58,547 bases of DNA from a phage: assembly GCA_027568095.1 (NCBI GenBank), contig GCA_027568095.1_4956.1; one strand, 5' to 3'. Under the pieces are notes generated by a model, which was given only the letters and a program-made list of their open reading frames with translations, was not told where the DNA came from and ran no database searches. The position numbers and the translations under genes are program-made. Shown here one piece after another: positions 35,959 to 45,068 of this stretch (its first letter is position 1; every line of letters begins with the position of its first letter).

Positions 35959-37416
35959 TCATGCTGTAGGCAAGTACGGGAACAAGCTGAACCCAATCAT
36001 AAAACCGATCGACTCTTCTTCGTGGGCGTTACCGGACACAGCGACTTTCACTTTTTCGCCCGTTGCAAGGTTCTTGGAACCGTCACCCATTGTCATCGCA
36101 GGGATGTTAACCACGATTGCACCATCACCGTTTACCCCGGCAAGTTCGAAGTTGACTGTTGCGTTGTTACGGATCGCAGCCAATACAGCACCGTTCGTCA
36201 TCACCGTTTCAGTTTCCATCGTGATTTCCAGGTTACCAATGTTAGTAAACGCAGCACCCATCACGCCCATCACGTTTTCACCTGACACGTTGTTATTCAC
36301 GGTGATAGTAACGTCTTTCAGGAACGTACTAAGACCACTATCATCAATCCCGGTCAGTCGTACACGGTTCAGGTTCGTTACGGTGTTGTACGCTTCGTTA
36401 GCCACGAATTCAGCATACCCGGAACCCGGTAGCGCTGTTTCTGACGGTGCTGATAAATCCTGTGCAACAAACGTCAAATCCATTGTCATTTTTTCAGTCA
36501 ACGGCGCGTTGATCGTCATCTGGTTTGCAGCTACAGCACGAGCATATTCATAAATAACAGGTGTCGTGTTGTAACGTGCTTCCATTGTGTATTCAGTTTT
36601 CACGAACTCTGCAGAATCAACAGGAACGTTTCGAACAAAACTGGAAACAAATAAACGAACAGCTTTACCCGTACCTTCTTCAGTAGTGAATTCACTGTTA
36701 GCGAGAGTCAGAACATGATCGCCAACCATAGTTACACGGGCCATTTTACTGGTAACCGACTGTGTTAGACCGTCAATATAAATATACTGGCCCGGTACTA
36801 AACCCAGTGTGGAAAAATCCAGGGTGGTAGACGTCAACTGGCCATTACTATTAACAGCGATATCACCAGACGTTGCTGCATAACCCACGAGATACAAACG
36901 AGCTTCAGCAGGCGGTGACGCTTCGGCAGTAAGCCCTGACACGTTGATGGCAGTAGTAGTACTATCAGCACCTACTGTTTTCAAACCGTTGTTTGCAGCC
37001 AGTGTAAAACCTGTCGCATAAACAAGAGCACCTTCAGGTAATGCCGCATCAAGAGTAGTAACGTTATAAGCGTCAGCGCCAACACTGGTAACGTCAATAT
37101 CAATTGCACCAGCACCGACCCATTTACTATAAAGGAATCCGTCACCCCAGTAGCGGAACGTATCAAGTGTCAGGTCTGTCTGAAAACCCGGTGCAACTTC
37201 AACGTTAGTTACTGTGCCTTTACGTGCAGATCGGTCCGTACTAATCGGTGTACGCTGAGTTTTTGTAATATCAGCACTGTAAGAACTGATTTCATTCGGT
37301 TGTTGAACCGTCCAGGGTGTACCAGAAACAGGTTCACAGACTTTTGCCACACTGAGTCGTGTTGCGTTTACGTCAGCCGCAGGTGTTTGCGAACATTTAA
37401 AAATTGATTCAGCCAT
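35959..37416 (-). CDS. major tail protein
   Basis: 485 aa; upstream of chaperones; followed by terminator. Confidence 0.55.
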   Translation of the reverse strand: MAESIFKCSQTPAADVNATRLSVAKVCEPVSGTPWTVQQPNEISSYSADITKTQRTPISTDRSARKGTVTNVEVAPGFQTDLTLDTFRYWGDGFLYSKWVGAGAIDIDVTSVGADAYNVTTLDAALPEGALVYATGFTLAANNGLKTVGADSTTTAINVSGLTAEASPPAEARLYLVGYAATSGDIAVNSNGQLTSTTLDFSTLGLVPGQYIYIDGLTQSVTSKMARVTMVGDHVLTLANSEFTTEEGTGKAVRLFVSSFVRNVPVDSAEFVKTEYTMEARYNTTPVIYEYARAVAANQMTINAPLTEKMTMDLTFVAQDLSAPSETALPGSGYAEFVANEAYNTVTNLNRVRLTGIDDSGLSTFLKDVTITVNNNVSGENVMGVMGAAFTNIGNLEITMETETVMTNGAVLAAIRNNATVNFELAGVNGDGAIVVNIPAMTMGDGSKNLATGEKVKVAVSGNAHEEESIGFMIGFSLFPYLPTA

Positions 37417-37452
37417 TGTTCTAAGCCTCGTTTGATTGCAATCATTCGTAGT

Positions 37453-37878
37453 TTAATATATTTCTTCGTATTCGTAACTAAGTACGACGTTCGTTAAAAA
37501 CCACGCGTTATCACGACCCTGATGACGAATATCAACACTCGTGTAAATTAACGGGCGGTCCTGCCAGACACCTTCAAATAATTTTGCAAGCCGATCCGCA
37601 ATGTCAATGCTTAAAGTGTCCATGCCATACTGAGCAGGCGTGCGTACCTGTAAAAAAACGTTTCCTGTTCTTAAACGACGGCGACAAACACCTTCCCCAC
37701 CCAGCGTGGTTATTGTCCACGGACCGGGATTATGTGTCAGAATCAGACCGGGTTTTTCTGTAGTGTCATCAGGGAGTTGACCAGAAGCAATTGTAAATCT
37801 GTCAGGCGTAATTTCCACGGGGAGGTTCGCCAGAACGCGATTATAAACAATTCCTGAAACATCTGAGAGTGTCATCAC
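37453..37878 (-). CDS. tail terminator-like protein
   Basis: Position immediately upstream of major tail gene. Confidence 0.4.
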   Translation of the reverse strand: MMTLSDVSGIVYNRVLANLPVEITPDRFTIASGQLPDDTTEKPGLILTHNPGPWTITTLGGEGVCRRRLRTGNVFLQVRTPAQYGMDTLSIDIADRLAKLFEGVWQDRPLIYTSVDIRHQGRDNAWFLTNVVLSYEYEEIY

Positions 37879-38345
37879 TGATTAAACCTCACCATTATTC
37901 CGGCTTTTAATATAGCACGTTCGACAAACCCGGAAGGTGTCTGTGTACTGCTACCACCATTGAGAACCCCAATGTAAGGAGCGTTGTTAGTAATATGCAG
38001 TTCCTGACCATTAACTTTAATACTGCTGATAGTGACCGTATCCTGTTCGATACGCGCTTTACTGGCTTCAACATTACCTGTTGGTGTATCAGGACTATTA
38101 GCGGGTTGTCCCTGATCGAACCACCAGTTGTTGCTTGCCCAGCCTGTATCCACAGGTGTACCGTCAGGTGGTTCACTGACAAGAATATTACGTAACGTCA
38201 AGACATACCGGATGACTTCACGATCGGTAAAATCTCGCAGGTCAGCTTTAATGTCCTTAAAGACACCTGTTATCCGGTTTATATCGTTAACGTTAGCCTT
38301 AGCCATATCAGGCCGCTCCAACAGGGTGAATAAATGCCATATCAT
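37875..38345 (-). CDS. tail completion/neck protein
   Basis: Position in head-tail joining cluster. Confidence 0.4.
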   Translation of the reverse strand: MIWHLFTLLERPDMAKANVNDINRITGVFKDIKADLRDFTDREVIRYVLTLRNILVSEPPDGTPVDTGWASNNWWFDQGQPANSPDTPTGNVEASKARIEQDTVTISSIKVNGQELHITNNAPYIGVLNGGSSTQTPSGFVERAILKAGIMVRFNQ

Positions 38346-38685
38346 CCCCTAACAATCGTGGGTTTTGACGATCAAGAAGGCGATATTCTTTACCACGTTC
38401 ATCAACCACAACATCACCCCGATCAGGAACAAATCGTGGTTCAAAACTCTGACTATCCATAATTACCATCGTTGTGGTTATTCTGGTCATAGTAGTCGGA
38501 TCCCACTTTTCTAATGGGTAAATATAACCACGACAGGTGTGTGATTCAGTAACGGTTGTACCCGGTAATGTAGGATTAGACGGGTTGGGAACTGTTGTCA
38601 CACGTTTTACCGTCAAATCCTCACCTACTTCAGCAAGTGCACGAGTAACACCGTTCAGGACACTTTGACGTTTGTCTGTCATCAC
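38308..38685 (-). CDS. head-tail connector protein
   Basis: Position. Confidence 0.4.
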   Translation of the reverse strand: MMTDKRQSVLNGVTRALAEVGEDLTVKRVTTVPNPSNPTLPGTTVTESHTCRGYIYPLEKWDPTTMTRITTTMVIMDSQSFEPRFVPDRGDVVVDERGKEYRLLDRQNPRLLGDDMAFIHPVGAA

Positions 38686-39093
38686 CGTTCACCCTCGTTA
38701 AGTGCACGACCACCGCTTTCAAGTGTTACAGGTGGGTTGTCGAACTGACCACGTTGAATAGCAGGTTGCATACCAGCGCCAGTTAATGTAGCTCCACCAA
38801 CACCCATAAAACTACCTAACAAACCGCCACCTGAATCAGCGCCAGTATTAATACGTAAAATAAAATCTTTTTTAAGTTTATTCCAGGCGTCTGCTGACTG
38901 ACTACTGCTGAGTGAGATCGGACCTACTTTAATATCAGTATCGTTGCTGGCAATAGACGCCATATAATCACAGAGAGCGACGCAAATACTGAGAGGATTT
39001 GTATAACCGTTGTCAATGTACCACTGAATTTGTTCATCAGTAACATCAGGGACACTGATCAAATAACGAATACCTTCAACTGTAATAGCCATG
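38682..39093 (-). CDS. head-tail adaptor protein (start at MAITVEG)
   Basis: AGGTGA RBS 4 nt upstream of ATG 39093; track ORF extension to 39266 would read through an intrinsic terminator. Confidence 0.4.
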
Positions 39094-39129
39094 TGATCAC
39101 CTGTGAGAAATGTTTTCGTTATATTAGCA

Positions 39130-39155
39130 CGAAAAAAAGCCGTCTTAAACAGACG
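39130..39155 (-). terminator. intrinsic terminator (GCCGTCT-GTTTAA-GACGGC + T7)
   Basis: Perfect 6-7-bp GC stem followed by TTTTTTT on minus strand. Confidence 0.65.
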
Positions 39156-39720
39156 GCAAATGACTCTGGGTGATAATGATGGTTTTACATAACTGGTCAT
39201 CCACACCTGACGTCCCAACATACCCCTATGCGTGACACGTGAATAACCAGTTATGTAAAACGACACGCAGTTCAGGATGTTTCACAACATGCTTTATCCA
39301 CGATTTGCGGCTTTCCCGCCAGCAAGATAAGGATCACCTCCTTATCAGCGAGTGTTTGGGTTGCAGTGGTTGGTGTTGAACTCCAACTTGAGGCTACCCA
39401 TCCTAGCCCGAAGCTAGGTGCTCACCTCTGAGCGTTAGCGCATCAACCTGCGCATTCACCACAACGATAAGAGCACTGAGATGTATGATAATCGTCGCAG
39501 CACCACTTTAAACAACTCAATGCTCTTACCTGTTGTGTGCCCGTTATTAATCACACCGGGCCAGTGCGCCGAATTTATTTACAAGGAATCGGAAGACCTT
39601 GCTGACTTACAGGCTATTACGCCGCCATCAGAAAACGTTCTTCGTTTGCATTTATCTTTGTGGTCAGTTTCTAAAAAGTCCGCAAAGTCGCCACGAAAAC
39701 TATCTACAACTAACAATAGG
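39156..39720 (-). other. ORF-free, highly structured region inside late operon (candidate noncoding RNA/regulatory element)
   Basis: Stops in all minus frames; 15-bp inverted repeat, UUCG-loop hairpin, 14-nt copy of 16S rRNA 3' end (plus 39329-39342). Confidence 0.3.
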
Positions 39721-40074
39721 TCAAGAATAGTTATATGTCAAGCCTTGTGATTCACACCATTCAGCAGCGGCACTTTTACTACTAAACGATTCTGAATTCA
39801 TCGGCATACCCATAACATAAACGTTATAGGTTTTTGGCGCATCACGTCGAATTTCAGCAGCTGTGGTTGATGCCGATTCTTCGGTTGCTACAGTCACTGG
39901 TTCTTCAACAGTCGCAGTAGCTGGTTCAATGTGGCGCATACGCACAAGGGCATTTAAAACAGCCGGGGTAGCTTTTGATGTTGATACTTTATCGCCAGCG
40001 GACATCTGTTTACCGTTCCATAGCATCGGACGGGTGAAAACATATTTCAGTGACGGATCATATGAATTACGCAT
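39721..40074 (-). CDS. hypothetical head-associated protein (117 aa)
   Basis: GAGGT RBS 7 nt upstream of ATG 40074; directly after capsid-gene terminator. Confidence 0.45.
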   Translation of the reverse strand: MRNSYDPSLKYVFTRPMLWNGKQMSAGDKVSTSKATPAVLNALVRMRHIEPATATVEEPVTVATEESASTTAAEIRRDAPKTYNVYVMGMPMNSESFSSKSAAAEWCESQGLTYNYS

Positions 40075-40089
40075 GATTTTAACCTCATG

Positions 40090-40115
40090 AAAAAAGGGGC
40101 AGCATAAGCCACCCC
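40090..40115 (-). terminator. intrinsic terminator after major capsid gene
   Basis: GGGGTGGC/GCTGCCCC hairpin + T6 on minus strand. Confidence 0.55.
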
Positions 40116-40136
40116 TTAATGATACCACAGTTGTTA

Positions 40137-41156
40137 TTAAACCGCGTCGTAGAACAGAACGCCCAGGTCAGGTGCAACCATCTGAACATCAATGGCAAAT
40201 TCCGCTTCAACGAAATTACCACGGCGACCTTCAACACCCGGATAGGTGCGGATAGACGGACCGTTGTTAACACCCAGATCAATGTAATCGTTCCACACGA
40301 AGCCAGCAGCAGCAACAGGTTTCATGTTACCAACAGTCGGTTCGACATAGTTGAGCATCAGCACACCAGTTTTAGCAAACTGGAAGTCTGACAGCGGATT
40401 ACCGTTACTGTCTTCAACGCCATCAGCAGCCATGTTGACCACGGACTGCATGATTTCCAGTTCGTCAACTTCCAGCAGTGCAGCCAGTGCCTGTTTAGTC
40501 ACGATGCCCGGATTCTGAGTGGTAGAACCACCGTTAATGCGGTCAATAACAGCCGGGCTACGGGTCAGTGCGTCATACACGTCCAGCGTCATCAGTGCTT
40601 TGTTCCAGCGACGACCACCGGATGCCAGAGAGAACGCAACACGACGTGACAGGACATCACCGATCGGATCGGCGTTCGCATTAGACCATTTCAGGAATTC
40701 GCCCGTGGACGGAGACGCGTCTTTGCCCTGGAAATCAAGACCCCATTTACCAGCGGTCAGGAATTTTTCAGCAAAATCCACTTCTTTGTTGATCAGTAAC
40801 GCATCTGTGGTTACTGCTGATGCTTCCATATCCAGTTGCTGACCGTTCTGAACGTTTGCACGTTTTTTGTCAGAAATGAAGATGCGGATCGCATCGTCAT
40901 CAACGGTATAACCCTGGTTTTTGGTTTTATAACCAATAGTATTAGCAACACCATCTTCGGCACGTTTGGAGTTAACCGGACGACCGAAATACCCTTTCGG
41001 GTAAGTCAGAAACTTACCAGCAGCCTGATTAACAGGGACTACCGGGAAATAACGAGTACCGACAAACAGTGACGTATCCTGCCAGTAACTTACAGAAAAG
41101 TTAGACAGGAATGTATCTGGTGCGCCAACGTCGCGAAAATTCTGTTTGTAACTCAT
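40137..41156 (-). CDS. major capsid protein
   Basis: 339 aa; follows decoration-like and scaffold-like genes; followed by terminator. Confidence 0.55.
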   Translation of the reverse strand: MSYKQNFRDVGAPDTFLSNFSVSYWQDTSLFVGTRYFPVVPVNQAAGKFLTYPKGYFGRPVNSKRAEDGVANTIGYKTKNQGYTVDDDAIRIFISDKKRANVQNGQQLDMEASAVTTDALLINKEVDFAEKFLTAGKWGLDFQGKDASPSTGEFLKWSNANADPIGDVLSRRVAFSLASGGRRWNKALMTLDVYDALTRSPAVIDRINGGSTTQNPGIVTKQALAALLEVDELEIMQSVVNMAADGVEDSNGNPLSDFQFAKTGVLMLNYVEPTVGNMKPVAAAGFVWNDYIDLGVNNGPSIRTYPGVEGRRGNFVEAEFAIDVQMVAPDLGVLFYDAV

Positions 41157-41159
41157 TGG

Positions 41160-41570
41160 TTATGCTCCTTTAGAATACGGTGCAATAAGTAATGCGGTAA
41201 CTACCTGGTTTTCAGCAGTGGCACCAGTTTGAGAAATAGCCACAACCAGTTGTTCAGCAGTAGCGGTCTGGAATCGTCCGTCAGCACCAACAGCAAGTTC
41301 GACACCTGTACCGAACGTTGCAGATGCTTTTACTGGTACAAATTTTTCTTTTTCGTTTACCAGGTCGAAGAATACACCAGCAGTGGCATCGTCAACAGCT
41401 ACACCGTCGATACGACCGCCAGCCGTTGGGAGTTTGTATTTAGGTACACACTGATTAGTGTCACCTAAACTGGTATCCAGAACAAGGCCAACACCTGCCG
41501 AAATAGCCACGGATGCAACGGCACGGGTCGGGCGCTCATAGTTCCAGTAGATTTTGCTGTTCTTAGACAT
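41160..41570 (-). CDS. head decoration-like protein
   Basis: 136 aa immediately upstream of capsid gene. Confidence 0.35.
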   Translation of the reverse strand: MSKNSKIYWNYERPTRAVASVAISAGVGLVLDTSLGDTNQCVPKYKLPTAGGRIDGVAVDDATAGVFFDLVNEKEKFVPVKASATFGTGVELAVGADGRFQTATAEQLVVAISQTGATAENQVVTALLIAPYSKGA

Positions 41571-42829
41571 TATTCGTCACCTCGCATCGCTTCGATTGCT
41601 TCCTGACCTTTTTTAGTTGCAGAAATAGCTTGCATGGCCTGGGTGCGTGTTTTACCCGGATTTGCTTTCAACCATTCGTTGATCATGTCTTCCAGTGCAC
41701 TGGAACCTTTACCACTACCATTCGGCGCGGCTGGCTCTTTACGTGCTTTCCAGAGTTCGTCGGCCTGTTTGAGTTTTTCAACCAGGAATTTACGATCCGC
41801 TTCCGGTAAACGCTCAAGAGTCATAACCATCTGGGTTTTCTGTACCATTTCACCCGGGATGTGTGCGAAATCAGTGTTCACGGTTTCTTTAGCTTTCGCC
41901 AGTGCCGCTTCGGTCTGTGCTTTGCGAAGTTGTTCGTCCTGAGATTTCAGAACGTCATACATCGGACCAGCTACAGATTTCTGAACAACCTGACCAGCAA
42001 TCGTGGTAAATGATTCATCAGCCTGTTTAGCCATCGTCACGAGGGCATCGCGAGCAGTCGCATCCATTTTACGGAATGCTTCCTGATCAGATTCAGGCAG
42101 AGAATTATGATACGCCTTATGGACGTCGTTCATCTCAGCCAGGGCTTTGTATTTTTCCAGTTCGGACATTTCGATTTCCTCTGCCGTTTTTAAAACTTGA
42201 GGTACTTCCTGGTCCGGGTGTAATTTTTTCCACGCGGATCGGACTTTGTTTTTCACACCTGCTAAATCGGCTTCAGGGATTTCAACTTTGTTACCGCGAT
42301 AACCCGGACCTAATGCAGCAAGTGCAGCGCCTACAATACGCGCATCAGGTTCACCGCCAGGGGTAGCTGTTAAACGAAGTTTCCAGGTTGAAGGTTTTTC
42401 TGGATCTGGTACATATGCATAATCAGATGCCGGGAAAACTTCACCGTCTTCAGTTTTACCACCTTTCGCTTTATTCATCGAAATACCAGCGGCCTGTTGC
42501 AACGTTATAATATATTCATTTACCGCGTCACGCAACGCTGCTTGTTTATCGGTAATAGAATCATCTTTTGCAATATCCTCTGCTGCTTCATAAAGCGCAT
42601 CGTTCAACATCCACGAATTAGAGAGGAAATCGCGAACTTTCTGTTCAAGTTCTTTTTCAGCCAGTGCTGCACTAAATGTTGACTTTAAAAGAACAACAGC
42701 AGGCGGTTCTGAATGTGATTTAAGAACAAGAGCATTTGCTCCCTCGTGAGCAGGTTTTGTCACGCCGGACAGAAAACCGATCTTCATCGATTTAGCGCGG
42801 CGTAAATGATTAGTACCATCTGTACGCAT
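41570..42829 (-). CDS. capsid scaffolding-like protein
   Basis: 419 aa, charged helical composition; position upstream of capsid gene. Confidence 0.4.
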   Translation of the reverse strand: MRTDGTNHLRRAKSMKIGFLSGVTKPAHEGANALVLKSHSEPPAVVLLKSTFSAALAEKELEQKVRDFLSNSWMLNDALYEAAEDIAKDDSITDKQAALRDAVNEYIITLQQAAGISMNKAKGGKTEDGEVFPASDYAYVPDPEKPSTWKLRLTATPGGEPDARIVGAALAALGPGYRGNKVEIPEADLAGVKNKVRSAWKKLHPDQEVPQVLKTAEEIEMSELEKYKALAEMNDVHKAYHNSLPESDQEAFRKMDATARDALVTMAKQADESFTTIAGQVVQKSVAGPMYDVLKSQDEQLRKAQTEAALAKAKETVNTDFAHIPGEMVQKTQMVMTLERLPEADRKFLVEKLKQADELWKARKEPAAPNGSGKGSSALEDMINEWLKANPGKTRTQAMQAISATKKGQEAIEAMRGDE

Positions 42830-43239
42830 TATTCCACATCCTCATAATATGCAGTTCCACCGATGCTGTATCCAGTATATTCACCAGTCTGAAACTTTTT
42901 CAAAACTTCGTCATCAGTTATCAACGTACCAACAATGACGCCTGTCTGATCCAGTTTATCAACCAGACCAAAACTTGCCGCAATGTCTTCAGTCATCGGG
43001 AACGCAAACACAACTTTCCCAACAGGTTGTTCATTGTGCATATTGTCCATGATGCGCTGATCAGAATTCATGAAGTCCAACCATGCTTTCAGAGTGACAT
43101 CCTCGGGAAATTGCTCGTTGTCCGTGTCTGTGTAAATTTCTAACTGGCCTGTCTCCTGATTACGTTTTTTACAGATGCTACCCCAACCGAATACCATACG
43201 TAGTGAGTTGTCAACCTTATTAACTTTTACGTTAATCAC
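42829..43239 (-). CDS. hypothetical head-module protein
   Basis: ORF; translationally coupled to neighbours. Confidence 0.4.
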   Translation of the reverse strand: MINVKVNKVDNSLRMVFGWGSICKKRNQETGQLEIYTDTDNEQFPEDVTLKAWLDFMNSDQRIMDNMHNEQPVGKVVFAFPMTEDIAASFGLVDKLDQTGVIVGTLITDDEVLKKFQTGEYTGYSIGGTAYYEDVE

Positions 43240-43583
43240 GGGGATTGTCCTCGTATTGTTTCAACATGACTAAATTCTAACATTTCAGATGAATAATTGC
43301 ACTGGTGATACACGCTGTTTACAACGTTACCGAATATCTCAGAAAGATTCTTGATCGGTTCAACAGCAGTCGTTACTGGTTCAACAGTAGTCATTACTAG
43401 TTCAACACCGTCCAGATGTTCAGCAACAACCTGGAAAAAAACTGTATTAGTTTCACGGTCAATAATTACCACTGTGCTGGAACTATCTTCAACAATGCTG
43501 AATGAGTAGTCGTAACGATCACCGTGAATTTTACGGGCGCGACGAATGAATTCGTCTGTAGCAACTCTGATGTTCGGATCCAT
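43236..43583 (-). CDS. hypothetical protein (115 aa)
   Basis: AGAAGGG RBS 8 nt upstream of ATG 43583; downstream of promoter 43614-43642. Confidence 0.4.
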   Translation of the reverse strand: MDPNIRVATDEFIRRARKIHGDRYDYSFSIVEDSSSTVVIIDRETNTVFFQVVAEHLDGVELVMTTVEPVTTAVEPIKNLSEIFGNVVNSVYHQCNYSSEMLEFSHVETIRGQSP

Positions 43584-43613
43584 ACAATCAACCCTTCTTG
43601 TTTTCTTAACCAC

Positions 43614-43642
43614 AGGGTAGTTGTGTCGGTGTAATCCGTCAA
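43614..43642 (-). promoter_or_regulatory. conserved-family promoter (TTGACG-17-TACCCT)
   Basis: Reverse complement of 43637-43655 is AAAATAATTCTTGACG. Confidence 0.5.
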
Positions 43643-43941
43643 GAATTATTTTACGTATAGATTCATGGGAAGTATGCGACTCCCTATACCTTTTAAACCT
43701 CTCCTACTTGCAGCAACTTTTACTACTTATACTACTCTTCTGTTTATCTATGTTTATTATGTTTTCTATAAAAAGAATAAGATAGAGAGGGGTTGGTTAA
43801 AAAATAAACATGACGAAATCTATGAATTTATGATCTACTAATACAGATTCAGTATTAGCTGTAACTCAAAATCATGAAACCCATGTAAAACCATGTACAG
43901 TTAGTACACGTTCTGTATTAGCTGTATCTTTAAAATAATTC

Positions 43942-43970
43942 TTGACGGATTACAGACGGTAGGGTATCTT
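43942..43970 (+). promoter_or_regulatory. conserved-family promoter (TTGACG-17-TATCTT)
   Basis: TAAAATAATTCTTGACGGATTACA upstream of 44017 gene. Confidence 0.5.
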
Positions 43971-44016
43971 TATCTCGGGAAGCGGCAATGGGTCGCTGGT
44001 GAATGAGGATGTGAAA

Positions 44017-44400
44017 ATGGGAATGTATACCGAATTAGTGTTGAAGTGTCAGATTAAAGCAGATGCACCTGTGGATGTGAAAGCTATTATTGCACACATG
44101 TTCTGTGGTGAAAAAGAACCAGAGAAACTACCACAACATAAGTTTTTCAGTCTTCCCAGATGGAATTTTATTGGTAGTTGTAGCAGTTTTTATCATCACC
44201 CGGAAGTAATAAATAGTTGTCCTAAATTTGATTACACCGATACTCAATATATTTTTAGTCGTAGTGATATTAAAAATTATGATAGTGAAATTGAACAATT
44301 TATCGACTGGTTGAAACCATATGTTGATGCTGAAGATGGTACATGCATTGGTTGGACTTGGTATGAAGAAGACTTACAACCAACATTAATCATTAAATAA
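44017..44400 (+). CDS. hypothetical protein (127 aa), accessory island
   Basis: GAGGA RBS 7 nt upstream of ATG 44017; AT-rich coding sequence. Confidence 0.45.
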   Translation: MGMYTELVLKCQIKADAPVDVKAIIAHMFCGEKEPEKLPQHKFFSLPRWNFIGSCSSFYHHPEVINSCPKFDYTDTQYIFSRSDIKNYDSEIEQFIDWLKPYVDAEDGTCIGWTWYEEDLQPTLIIK

Positions 44401-44415
44401 CTCCGAGACACTAAA

Positions 44416-44796
44416 ATGAAGAAACTGATTCTATGCGCAATGTTAACAACCCTGACAGCCTGTGATAACGCTGCTGATGTTGCCAGTCGTAACGTTGCAA
44501 CCGCTGCAGCTAACTTTGAAGTAAATCGTCGTATCGTTTTCTATAACGTTCGTAACGGTGAGTATCTTTTGTCTATCGAAGGTCGTTGTGCCCGTGAGAA
44601 CACTAGCAAAGAGATCGAAATCACCTGTAAAACTGGTCCGAATGACGTTAAGAAACACTTTATGGGGTTAACCACGGAGGTAACTTATTTCATTGAACAA
44701 ACAGACCCTTCACCAACAGATCAGTATCGTTATCGTGTTACGTTTAACCCGATGCAAATTCTCCCGGATCTAAATATCCGTCACCCTGGGGAATAA
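44416..44796 (+). CDS. lipoprotein (signal peptide with lipobox LTAC)
   Basis: MKKLILCAMLTTLTAC N-terminus. Confidence 0.55.
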   Translation: MKKLILCAMLTTLTACDNAADVASRNVATAAANFEVNRRIVFYNVRNGEYLLSIEGRCARENTSKEIEITCKTGPNDVKKHFMGLTTEVTYFIEQTDPSPTDQYRYRVTFNPMQILPDLNIRHPGE

Positions 44797-44799
44797 CCC

Positions 44800-44901
44800 A
44801 TGGGTAAAAAGAAAAACGGTGAACTGGCGAAGAACTTCACACGTCTGGAAACCAACATCAAAATGTCTTATTGTCCGTTCTGCGGGGAGAAACAGGAATG
44901 A
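44800..44901 (+). CDS. small protein (33 aa) with CPFCG motif
   Basis: GGGGA RBS 8 nt upstream; below track cutoff. Confidence 0.3.
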   Translation: MGKKKNGELAKNFTRLETNIKMSYCPFCGEKQE

Positions 44902-45047
44902 CCATTGATAAGCGTAAAAAACGGCGTGCACATAGAAAAGCCGCTAAAAATCTTTTGAAAAATGGCGGTTTGTTTAACGGTTTTAGTGCCCCCGGTTCAA
45001 CGTTCTTCTGCATTGCTCAATGGCACTTAAAACAGTCGCGTGTTTAA
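44898..45047 (+). CDS. small basic protein (49 aa)
   Basis: ATGA overlap with upstream small ORF. Confidence 0.3.
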   Translation: MTIDKRKKRRAHRKAAKNLLKNGGLFNGFSAPGSTFFCIAQWHLKQSRV

Positions 45048-45068
45048 ACCAGAACAGGAGTAACAGCT

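Noticed and set aside
36074-36553. Plus-strand 159-aa ORF antisense to the major tail protein gene
   Set aside because: Antisense within a structural gene; compositionally biased.
38682-39266. Track ORF extending the head-tail adaptor gene upstream to 39266
   Set aside because: The extension would translate straight through the intrinsic terminator hairpin and poly-U (39130-39155); a good RBS (AGGTGA) precedes the internal ATG at 39093, so the gene is called 38682..39093.
39300-39460. Possible tRNA gene among the GC hairpins of the structured region
   Set aside because: Could not fit a canonical cloverleaf by eye: candidate T-arms have 6- or 9-nt loops and no matching acceptor stem with a discriminator/CCA context. 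Left as an unassigned structured RNA; a tRNAscan-SE run would settle it.
39481-39750. Plus-strand 89-aa ORF inside the structured region
   Set aside because: Antisense to the late operon, no convincing RBS or promoter, overlaps the 3' end of the minus-strand gene 39721..40074; most likely a chance ORF.
40519-41072. Plus-strand ORFs antisense to the major capsid gene
   Set aside because: Antisense within the capsid gene; no start signals.
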